The position numbers were made by a program, and so were the translations under genes. A stretch of DNA of 64,000 nucleotides from Azolla caroliniana. Taxonomy: Eukaryota; Plantae; Polypodiophyta. A model generated the notes under the pieces. That model had not been told where the DNA came from. It worked only from the letters and a program-made list of their open reading frames with translations, and did not search any database. Every line of letters starts with the position of its first letter. The stretch's first letter is position 1. The stretch is from contig JBHGNT010000005.1 in assembly GCA_043228905.1 (NCBI GenBank), positions 4,154,001-4,218,000 on the forward strand, in the 5' to 3' direction. Positions 12,916 to 22,719 of the stretch are shown in pieces.

Positions 12916-13349
12916 TGTCAGAACCAAGGATAAAAGATAGAGTGATGGAAGAAGGATATTAGAGAACACGAGAAGAAAGGAACGGAATACTAAGAGAAGA
13001 ATGGATGTATAAGATAGAGAAAGAAAGAGAATGGATACAAGATATGTAATGAGAGCTAAAGACTGGTGTTGATTCGAATTGATTTGAGAATAGATGTATG
13101 CCCTTATTTATAGGTTCCTATAGAATAGCTTAGAGATTTCTAGAATGTTCTAGACCTAGAATGCTCTAGGACATTCTAGAACATTCTAGAATAATCTAGA
13201 GGTTTTACAATAATCAATGTAATACAAGAAGTAGCTTTTATTGTTTTATATTACAATAAGCTATCTTAATGGTTGAGGTTTTCAAGTATGGATTACAAGG
13301 TTCGAGGTTCAAGTCCGGGTGACGCCATAATGGTCATGTGTTCATGACA
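12916..13349 (-). repeat. Family D 5' LTR (434 bp)
   Basis: Minus-strand termini TGTCATGAAC...TTCTGACA; TATA at 13105-13112; lies immediately upstream of the gag leader; same layout as the B LTR. Confidence 0.85.
13259..13327 (+). promoter_or_regulatory. tRNA-like / Pol III A-box and B-box module inside the family D LTR
   Basis: taatggttgagg (D-loop/A-box-like) ... ggttcaagtcc at 13306-13316 (fits B box GGTTCRANYCC) ... ends cgcca. Confidence 0.55.
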
Positions 13350-13417
13350 CTATGTTGTAAATATTCTAATATCTTGTAATAACTAGAAACATAATTATTA
13401 TAATCACACAACATATA

Positions 13418-13484
13418 TGTTATTACAATGGTTAAGGGTTCAACACATAGACCAAGAAGTCGTGGGTTCGATTCTTGATAACCA
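13418..13484 (+). promoter_or_regulatory. tRNA-like / Pol III module of the family B U3 (other copies at ~11138-11204 minus, ~14363-14428 and ~16983-17048 plus)
   Basis: gttattacaatggttaagg...ccaagaagtcgtgggttcgattcttgataacca: TGGTTA D-loop motif, GGTTCGATTC T-loop/B-box motif, 7-bp terminal stem GTTATTA/TGATAAC. Confidence 0.55.
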
Positions 13485-13503
13485 AAATGTTGTCTTCATG
13501 ACA

Positions 13504-13958
13504 CCAAGTTGTTCTTGGAAAATGTCATTCATTTCTTGTTGAAATGTAGCCGGAGCATTGGTCAAACCAAAAGGCATAACCAAAAACTCATAATGGCCAT
13601 AGCGCGTATGAAATGCCGTTTTAGGAACATCGTCCTCACTTATACAAATTTGATGGTAGCCAGTACGGAGATCAAGTTTTGTAAAATACCGAGCTCCTTG
13701 GAGACGGTCAATTAGATCGTTAGCCCGGGGCAGTGGATACGAATTCTTGATCGTCATTTTATTCAAGCGTCGGTAATTAATACACATACGCCATGTGCCC
13801 TCTTTCTTTTTAACCAAGAGAACTGGTGCACCCCATTGAGATTTACTATAACGTATATAACCCATTTGTAAATAGTCCTTGAGTTGCTTAGATACCTCAT
13901 CCTCTTCGGATCGACTTAAGCGATAAGGAGCTATACTTATTGGTGCAACACTAGGTAT
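13504..13958 (-). pseudogene. Element A RT N-terminal half
   Basis: [83 protein letters not shown]. Confidence 0.93.
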
Positions 13959-14029
13959 TGTCGAGACTCGTGGGTAGAAGATAGAGTGAAAGCGAGAGCG
14001 AGAGCGAAAGAGTGTGTGTGTGTGTGTGC

Positions 14030-14079
<50 letters not shown>

Positions 14080-14439
14080 TTGAAATAGAAATGAGATTAT
14101 ATTATGATGAAACAAGATTACAATGAGTAGGCTAAGGGCTAAAGATTGGTGTTGAACCGAATGAGTTGAAACGAATGTATAGATAGTTATTTATAGGTCC
14201 TTATGGAGTAATCTAGAATGTTCTAGAATATTTTAGATTTTATGATAAGAAATATAATCATGAAATATTAAAGGATGTTCTAGAACAATCTACAATGTTC
14301 TAGAATATTCTAATATCTTGTAATAACTAGAAACATAATTATTATAATTACACAACATATATGTTATTACAATGGTTAAGGGTTCAACACATAGACCAAG
14401 AAGTCATGGGTTCAATTCTTGATAACCAAAATGTTGTCT

Positions 14440-15350
14440 TCATGACATTATCTCCCCCTTTCGATGACGAGTTCCACGAGTCGGAAGACAAGAGTTCGGA
14501 CTTGGTTTATGGGGATATTTGTCGTGAAATGCAACAACCATGTCGGAGGCATTAGCAAGATGTTCGACAAGCTCCCATGTTCGATCATTAGGTGTATAAC
14601 CTAACCAATCAACCAAATAATATAGTTTGTTGCGGATGATCATGGAGTCGAGAATAACAACAACCTCATATTTAGAGCCATTGGAAACTTCGATTGGAGG
14701 TGGGGGAGGTGTAAGACGACCCGGTAATTGGACCCCCAATTCTTGTGAGCTAGATGAGGGAGTTGCTAAAACTGCAAACACCATCATGTCTTCCTTCCTT
14801 CCATCCTCTCATAACTGATGTATAGAGATTGTTGAAATCATGTGGGATCCTAGATCCTTTGTTGGAGTTTCAAGAGACTCGGACTGTACTATGACCTCTT
14901 CAATTGTTCTTTTTCTCCAATCAATAGTTGGGTTATGTAACTCAAACCAAGGAAGACCAAGAACTAGAGAGTGCTCTGGACTACTAATGATGTTGAATGA
15001 GATGATACTAGCCAAATTACCTAGGACTACACGAATTGATTCGGACTCTTCGACTATATCACCTGATGCTATAGGGCGACCATCAATGACTCCTACAACT
15101 ACTGGGTTCGGGAGCTTGTTCAAGATGATGTTTTGGGTCAATGCAAACTCATGATCCATGAAACAAGAATTGGCTCAAGAATCTAGGAGGGCAGAGGCTA
15201 GGACTCGATGACTTGTAGATGTGCTAAGCTCGACTTGTGTAGAAAAAACTCTACTAACTTGATTTGATGAAATGGAACCACAACTAGGTACAGACTCTAC
15301 ATATCTAGGATGGTCCAACCAAATGGCTCCTATTTTGGCCGGACTTATTC
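14440..15350 (-). pseudogene. Element B protease-chromodomain fusion frame (premature stops)
   Basis: -1 frame KRISPAKIGAIWLDHP..ALLDS*ANSCFMD..LVLGLPWFELHNPTIDW..QL*..GVQLP|GRLTPPPPPIEV..YEV..ILDS...RNKLYYLVDWLGY.PNDRTWE...HLANA; one reading frame throughout. Confidence 0.85.
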
Positions 15351-16472
15351 GTTTAACACATCCTCTAATTGGCTCAAGAAATCAAATCTATTCTCATGGC
15401 ATGGGTTATTAGGCTTAGTAGTTAAGTTATTAGAAGTGATAGTAGAACTCATGGTAGGGTTGTCATGTGCACTTACTTGGTAAACTTGTCGTCTGGGTTT
15501 ATGTGGACAATTCACAACAATATGTCCTGGACCACCACAATAGAGGCATAGGCGATGCGTCCGACGTCGTCGTTTCTCAACATTTGATAAAGGCCCTCGA
15601 CGTTGTGTTGACTCTATTTCCATCGGAGTGGGACCATCCCTCGTAACGGGTCTGGGAACTTGTGGCGGTGTTGCGACTATTGAAGCATACGTCTGTTCCG
15701 GTTGATGGCGTAACATTTGTTGACGTTCAGAACGTCGCTCAAATAGGCGATTATCACATCGCACAGCTCGACTAATGGCCTCTGTAAGAGACTTTGGATC
15801 TTCGTGGAAAGCAAGAAGAAGATCTTTGACATCGTTACGCAAACCTTGACGAAATTGATCCATTAAGGCTGCCTCATCCCAAGGGATGTCACATGCCAAG
15901 AGACGGAAATCTGCTGCGTAGGCTAAAGCGGGACGATCTCCTTGTCGGAGTCTACGAATCTTGTTTATTGCCATTCTAGTGCTATCGGTGTCTCCAAAAC
16001 TAGCTTGAAACTCTTTAACGAATGCCTCGAAATCCTCCAACAATGGTGATTTCTTCTCTAGAAGTGGTGCAAATCATGCTAATGCGGTACCGCTTAGCAA
16101 GGTTCCTATTAATCCCACACAAGCAACATAAGTTGGGTACCGATTGGGATGTAACTGAATCACCAAACGGACTTGATTCAAGAAACCTCGAAACAAAAAT
16201 CAGGTACCATCCAACTTGGCTGGGAGGCTAATCTTTGGTTCCCTTGGGGAGTTTTGAACCCTCGCCGCTTGTTCTCGTAATGTTAATATAGTAGCCTCGA
16301 GTTGATGAACCCGTTGTGATAACTCCTCATATTGATGAGCTTTCTCGGTACTCACTTGTTGTAAATCCCCGAGTAGCCTATGATTTTCTTGCTCTAAGGC
16401 CACAAACTTAGTCGTGAGCATGTTGAGCTCGGAAAGGACACACATATACTCTTGCTTGCTGACGGATTCCAT
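15345..16472 (-). pseudogene. Element B gag (375 codons, two in-frame TGA stops)
   Basis: Colinear with family D gag; stops at DGT* and ALA* sit where D has R and W, consistent with CGA>TGA and TGG>TGA transitions; CLYCGGPGHIVVNC knuckle. Confidence 0.9.
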
Positions 16473-17067
16473 AACTGAGGGAAAAGAAGAAAGAAGGGAA
16501 AAGAAGAAAGCTTGCTAGGGTTATTGGAAAAGGAAATAGAAATATTCAGTTCAATCTGTCGAGACTCGTGGGTAGAAGATAGAGTGAGAGCGAAAGAGAG
16601 GGTGTGTGTGTGTGTGCGTGAGAGAGAGAGAGAGAGAGAGAGAGAGTGAGTGAGAGAGAGAGTGAGAGAGAGAGTGAGAGAGAGTGAGAGAGAGATAACT
16701 TGAAATAGAAATGAGATTATATTATGATGAAACAAGATTACAATGAGTAGGCTAAGGGCTAAAGATTGGTGTTGAACCGAATGAGTTGAAACGAATGTAT
16801 AGATAGTTATTTATAGGTCCTTATGGAGTAATCTAGAATGTTCTAGAATATTTTAGATTTTATGATAAGAAATATAATCATGAAATATTAAAGGATGTTC
16901 TAGAATAATCTACAATGTTCTAGAATATTCTAATATCTTGTAATAACTAGAAACATAATTATTATAATCACACAACATATATGTTATTACAATGGTTAAG
17001 GGTTCAACACATAGACCAAGAAGTCATGGGTTCAATTCTTGATAACCAAAATGTTGTCTTCATGACA

Positions 17068-17811
17068 GGTACAATATCTATTCGATGGTCTATATTACGT
17101 TTAGGAGGTATTCAATGGTCTATATTACGTTTAGGAGGTAAGCCATCTGGTAGTTCACTCGGAAAATCATTTAAGATTTCATCAAGTTGTTGATGGTCTA
17201 TATTACGTTTAGGAGGTAAGCCATTTGGTAGTTCACTCGGAAAAACATCACGAAAATCATTTAAGATTTCATCAAGTTGTTGTTCAATATGTTAATTGAA
17301 CCGAGACGTTATCGATATTGTAAACGTGAATGTCCGGATCAAGTACACAATAAAATAGAGTAGAACAAGACAACTCAGATATTGATGGATAGGAGGAAAC
17401 AATCGAGAGGGATTGTTTTTTGACACATTGAATAAAATGAGTATAGTCGTTCAGTACAAATGTAATCGAATGATGAACCCAATATATAGATAAAGAAGAG
17501 CTTTTATTATAGAACCAGGGATAACCCAGTATTACATCGGTGGTACAAAGATTCATAATTACATGGAAGTCTACTTCCTCTATATAAGTGTCAATAGAAA
17601 TTCCTAATGAATGAATCGCCTCGTTGATGTATTGTACTCTTCCATCAGCCAAGTGCACCGTGTAGGTGTGATCACTTATAGTGGGTTGGATTCCCCATAT
17701 CTGAATCAAACGATCATTCACAAAGTTGTGTGAGCTTCCCGAATCAAATAAAAATTGTATGGGAGATCCATTGATATACTTGTTTGCACGTAGTAAATCA
17801 TTGGGACCCAA
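17068..17811 (-). pseudogene. Element A protease and PR-RT linker, with local tandem duplications
   Basis: FLFDSGSSHNFV, V.LADG, DVILGYPW, DVFPSELPNGLPPKRNIDHRIDIVP. Confidence 0.9.
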
Positions 17812-17862
17812 TACATAGTGAGGGAAAGAACATTGACAATTACTTAAATGATGTGTATAGAC

Positions 17863-18870
17863 CTAAAGGACATTAGGAATCTGACCTTTATGGTTTCCAG
17901 CTTTAACTTTGTTGCCGTGCTCTTTCCGTTGGAGCTTTCGACATTGCTCTTTTGTATGACCCTTCTTTTTGCAGAATACGCAAAAAGGATGATGTCGCTT
18001 ACAATCACAATCCATGAATTCGTTGGGTGTCTTGCGTTTCCTAGCGAATTGCGACTGCTTAGTATCGGGCGCTTCGTTGGGTTTGTTGTGGTCCTTCTTC
18101 GAAGTGCGTTGATAACGAAGAACTATTTCAACGGCCTCTTCGAAGGATTTTGGATCCTTATCGTGCACTATCCAGTGATAGTCCGAATTGGGGATGTCAT
18201 TGACAAAACAATCTATTAACCAGTTGTCCCCTTCTAGACCCGATTTTTGGATTTGGGTTCTAGCATGGTGGACATAGTCTTCTAGTGAGGAAAATTTCTG
18301 ACTAGAGAGGTTCATTAAAGCTTGTGCTACCTCGGTTCAAGAGGGGGGTTACAGAAATTGGCCCTTGAAAACTGTGACAAAATCTGTCCAGGTATCGGGC
18401 AATTTGCCCAAAGTACGGAGCCCACGCCACTAGGCGGCGGCCTTACTCCCTAGTTCTCGGTCGACATATGCAATCTTCGTACTATCTAGCGTGGGATAGA
18501 GCTCAAAATGAGACTCCCATCGGCCCAGCCACGTGCAGATTGCTTCTTCGGTTCTTTCCTTTTTGTCTCCCGTAAATGGCTTAATGACAAACGATGATTC
18601 ACCCTGTCGCTCATCAGGTCTATTAGTCTCATGTTGTAGACTAATGACACGTGCCTCGAGAGCACTTTGAGATTGCCGAAGTTTGGTCATCTGATGAGCG
18701 GTGAAACTAAGGTATTGGGTTATTTGCGAAAAATACATCTCAATGGACATTTGTCCATGAGGATTCCCTTGAGTTCCTTCCGCTTGAGCGGATGACATCG
18801 GGTCGTTATTTTGAGCCATTAAATGATTATTTCTGGAAAAGAAATAGGATAAGGTCAGAGAGATAGTCAT
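17863..18870 (-). pseudogene. Element A gag (disrupted)
   Basis: IKPFTGD...W...WE..F, A..W, and zinc knuckle CVFCKKKGHTKEQC; split by a stop/frameshift. Confidence 0.8.
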
Positions 18871-20016
18871 AACATCATGTCGTGATGTAAACCTATCATG
18901 GGCGAGCATTAATCAATATCATTATCTCACGTCAATACCCCTCTAGACGTATGAGATGAGGTTCAAGATCAGGTTACTATGGTAACACAAAGGTGTTTTA
19001 AAAACCATGGGGGTGATAAATAAATGTCTTTCCCTCATCTCTATATCGATTTTTTCATGGTGGCTCCCCGAGGCTCAACCATGTATGTTCGCGTCATGAA
19101 TAGTTTATACACTAAAAAATGTTAACAATAAACTATGTTTCTGTGCCCATATATGTGGTTTCGGCTCTTTAAGTCCTATTACGAGGACCTCGAACTGCAC
19201 TTAGACCTCAAGTCTAAACATGTGTTATAGTCATATGTATCAACGATATTATATGGTCTTGGTCATATTTGAACTTGAGACCACGAAACAAATGGATTAA
19301 ACATTTGAGCCAACCAAGTAAGTTGCTCTTCTTGAATGTTTAATGTTTCATGCGCATAAGAGATATGCGAGGCATTTGCCCATATATGTTTTTTTAAAAG
19401 AAACATATATGTCAAGAGTCCTTATTTCGCCCTCATTTACTACAATTATGTTGGTACATTACCTAACCTCAAGTCTCGTAATTACAATGGCATACGCCAA
19501 AGTGCAACCTAATGGTCAAGCCAAATGAGCCCTCTTTTCGTAGTAGGCCCACGTGGCCCATCACATGGTCACGTCATTACGAATGCCTCTCGTAAGAATG
19601 ATCTCATGGTGGCATCGTATCCATGTAATGAGGGAGGGATGTTGGATACGTGTGTCATAAGAGCGACCTCACCTGAAGTGGGTCAAACTACGTACTCAAC
19701 ATCATTATGGCTATTAGCGTTTCTTTACGTAATGAAATATCGAAGTCACCAACGGGGATTTCAACCAAAAAAAATTGTTGAAAAAAGGGATGGTGACAAG
19801 TTACAACACGATTCTCACAAAAATGTGAGGACGGCCACCAAGAACCTTTCCCCGAAAAGGAAAACATTCGATTTAAAATCACGTAATAACTTATATACAC
19901 ATATGTATATTATCACATATATACGATCAACTACCTATACACATGACCACATATGCCTATATTAAAGAAATTGTTATATTTAATAGCCAAAAAAGACGTA
20001 ATTGAGATACGTAATC

Positions 20017-20260
20017 GAGGCATATACCTCTACGTACACGAGATATCCAAAAGTAAGTGTTCAACGCAATACGCAATTGTGGTATTGACCTCTTACGCAT
20101 ACGAGACCAAACGCATATCATTTACAACAAAATCGAGGTGTTGACCTCATACGCAAACGTAACATATGTTCATGAATGTAATACGTAATTGAGGTATTAA
20201 CCTCGTACGCATACGACACTCATCACATATTATTTATATGTCAAACGAGGTATTGACCTC
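20017..20260. repeat. Regularly spaced array of 14-bp palindromic motifs in the element A 5' leader
   Basis: gaggtattgacctc variants start at 20017, 20079, 20135, 20191 and 20247 (period 56 bp for the last four). Confidence 0.8.
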
Positions 20261-20500
20261 GTGCACATATATAAGTGTTTTAGATAACCAATTAAATACC
20301 ACTACAACATCATTTAATTAATGAAAATAATCTACATATTAACCATACACATGATTAGATGGGAGAAGAAAAAATAGACAAAAAATAACAAGAAAGATTA
20401 CCGAAGTTCCTTGTTGATCCTTGTCTGCATGAAGGCCAACCACACAACGATCGATCGCCATCCATCGAGAAGATAAGACCAACAAAAGAAACATACCAAA

Positions 20501-20957
20501 TATTAGAGACATGTACTAAAGTAAGCATTAGATAAGGATAGATCTAGGTAGATAGAAAGAAAGGAGAGAGAGAAAGAAGGGTGTCGATCCACCCGACTAC
20601 CCCCGAGCGAAGGGATCGAGATGGACTCGAGCCTCGATTGGCGTCCCATACCACCGTCGTGGCGTCAAGTCGTACCTGGTGTTGGCGCGCTCGCTACAAG
20701 AGTTGACCCACCACAAGGCAAAGTCTCGACATAGTCAACAAGATAATCAAATGAGGGTAGCTAGGCCTCTTATTTATAGCGATACCCAAGGCCCCCAGGC
20801 AAGTTCACACTTGGCCTAATGGGTTGTCTCAATCCCGAGTATTTAAAAGTAATCCTCCCCTTCTTTACACTCTCGTTTAACCCTCACACTTATCCATGTG
20901 TATAGAATACTACAGTAAATTCTCACCACGGGATATTATATGGTCATGCCCGTAACA
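20501..20957 (-). repeat. Element A 5' LTR
   Basis: Direct repeat of 8354-8810, followed on the minus strand by tttggtat. Confidence 0.95.
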
Positions 20958-22330
20958 ATTATGGTAATATGTTGGGAAGAAGGACAAGTTTAAATTGGGC
21001 GGCGGTTGATAAGGCATTTGCGGTTAATGTTGGTACTTGGTTAAACTTTAATCAATCCTCTAGGGATGTTAAGGAACAAGTTTTGAAATCAATTAGAGGT
21101 GGTACGTTAATGTTCCAAGCGATAAGTAACGCTTGTAATAGGATTTTGCCTTCTTCTTTTAATTCAAACCATGTATGGTACAGGGCATTCACTTCTTTTA
21201 ATGTCTTGATTGGAGCAAGAGCTTTATACATCTAATGAATCCTTCTTATCATATATAATAATTTCGGAGGGAAAATTGCAATGGGTCTCTATGAAGGATG
21301 ATCTTATCAATTTAGTGGAATGGAAGCCTATTAGGGTGGTAGCAAAAACAGGGAAAGTGTGTATTATTGATCCCCATCCTGAAAATGTAAACCCTTTCTA
21401 GGATATTTGGGTTTGTGATAGTAAGCCCTTATTGGAGTTAGAGTAGGATCCGACGGAATGGTGATGGAGAGATGATAATGGTAAGATGGTTTCTTTCTCT
21501 GACTACTCTGTAAAATTAGGTAGGGAATTCCAAGGAAGGAGGATTCTAGTTATGCCAGCTGCAGCTAAGGAATGGTTGTGGGCTCTACAGATTTCTTGTA
21601 AAATCATTACATTTAGATGGTTATGTGTCCACAATGCACTTCCAATCTTGGAATGGATGCATAGGGAAGAGGGAACCAAAACTTGTTGTTTTTGTGGGTT
21701 TCACTTGGAATCAATGCAACATGTCTTATGGAACTGTATGGCCACATGTTCTGTTTGGTAACATATGGTGCACCTCATTGATGTTGCATATGGACCTAAT
21801 GTGATTACATGGGGAAATGTCTTTTGGATGGATGTAAATGTGGATAAGCATAATTATGAACGGGAAAAGATACTATTTACCCTTCAAACTAGGGGAAGGC
21901 AAGTTAAGGACATACCATACTCAAGCTCAAATCAATTGAATGTGGATGTTACAGTATGAGCTACGATATCATCGGTGGTTCTATGGAATATTTGGATAGA
22001 TCGATGCAAAAATGTGTTTTAGCAAATAAACCAAAATCATGTTCGTTGTGTGAAGGAAATTTGGTCGATGCTTATCTCAATTTTAAAAGCTCAATATGAC
22101 TCTTTCACAGGTAATGAAGATATGTTTTTTATGAAACAACAATCCTTTAAAGGCAAATGGAAGGATTTGTTCGTTTTTGTGGAGAGAAATGACAAAATGG
22201 ATTGACAATATATACCCCCGTGATGGTTGTTTCCTCCATAGGTGGAGGTTGGTGTCAAGTATGACATAATGGGGGATATCTTTCCCCCCACTACATTGTA
22301 TTATTATATGTCTTGTATATGTTTTTTGGA
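20958..22330 (+). mobile_element. LINE ORF2 remnant, 3' part (zf-RVT / CCHC region)
   Basis: Joins in frame with the 5' part once A and one TSD are removed (WNPLIKDDYGNMLGRR); KIITFRWLCVHNALP, CCFCG..LESMQHVLWNC, LWNIW..RC..VF. Confidence 0.85.
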
Positions 22331-22719
22331 TTGGTAATGGAAACTATGGTGTAGTTAAAATAAATAAATCAACTCTCCGAGGGTATGCGCATGCCTTCTT
22401 GATGAGGCATCCCAACACTTGCCAATGCAATCTTGGAAAACAGCCATGGAAACCATGAGAACCAAAATTAGCAGTAGGGGATGACAACTTCTCTTGCAAT
22501 TATTTACCACGACATCTAATATAAAAATTGAGGTTATCTTTACAACATTCATTCTTCCCTTTTTAGGGTTGCCCTTTTTGGAGTGCTCTTGCGGCAATTA
22601 GATAGTAAGTCATGTGGTTTTGGTTGTGGATGTATGATAGAATCAATTAAGCATGCATTGTGGTCTTGTCCTAAAATTATGCAAATATGGCAAAGAGTAT
22701 TAAGGTTGTTGATATTGAC

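Larger units (their letters stand above)
11119..13503. mobile_element. Insertion C: chimeric retroelement bounded by ~140-bp terminal inverted repeats identical to the family-B LTR U3 end
   Basis: Starts tgtcatgaagacaac at 11119 and ends gttgtcttcatgaca at 13503; flanked by ctaag/ccaag; removal rejoins the element A RT (..FQEQL[G/R]KFVVILLDDILVYS). Confidence 0.9.
13959..17067 (-). mobile_element. Element B: non-autonomous Tcn1/sushi-like chromovirus (LTR-gag-PR-chromodomain-PPT-LTR; no RT, RNase H or integrase core)
   Basis: Direct LTRs at 13959-14447 and 16557-17067 with TG..CA ends, near-identical outside the GA/GT microsatellite; PPT aaagggggagataa; TSD ggtat/ggtac; removal restores element A ..[19 protein letters not shown]. 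Confidence 0.95.
8354..20957 (-). mobile_element. Element A: Ty3/gypsy chromovirus LTR retrotransposon with both LTRs, decayed, carrying two nested insertions
   Basis: 457-bp direct LTRs at 8354-8810 and 20501-20957; PPT aaagagggggagta next to the 3' LTR; short PBS-like tggtat after the 5' LTR; 5-bp TSD attct/attat; domain order gag-PR-RT-RH-INT-chromodomain on the minus strand. Confidence 0.95.

Noticed and set aside
13418-13484. Functional tRNA gene in the LTR
   Set aside because: D-arm truncated, no clean anticodon stem-loop, weak T-stem; reported only as a tRNA-like/Pol III module.
14361-14555. Repeated small [18 protein letters not shown].. (also at 16981 and 11205)
   Set aside because: Translation of the LTR U3 repeat running into whatever flanks it; C-termini are unrelated.
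19343-20144. Antisense ORFs in the element A leader as an extra gene
   Set aside because: Short, fragmented, no recognisable domain, and they overlap the repeat array.
20017-20260. CRISPR array
   Set aside because: Eukaryotic retrotransposon leader, repeats only 14 bp, spacers related to each other, no cas genes.
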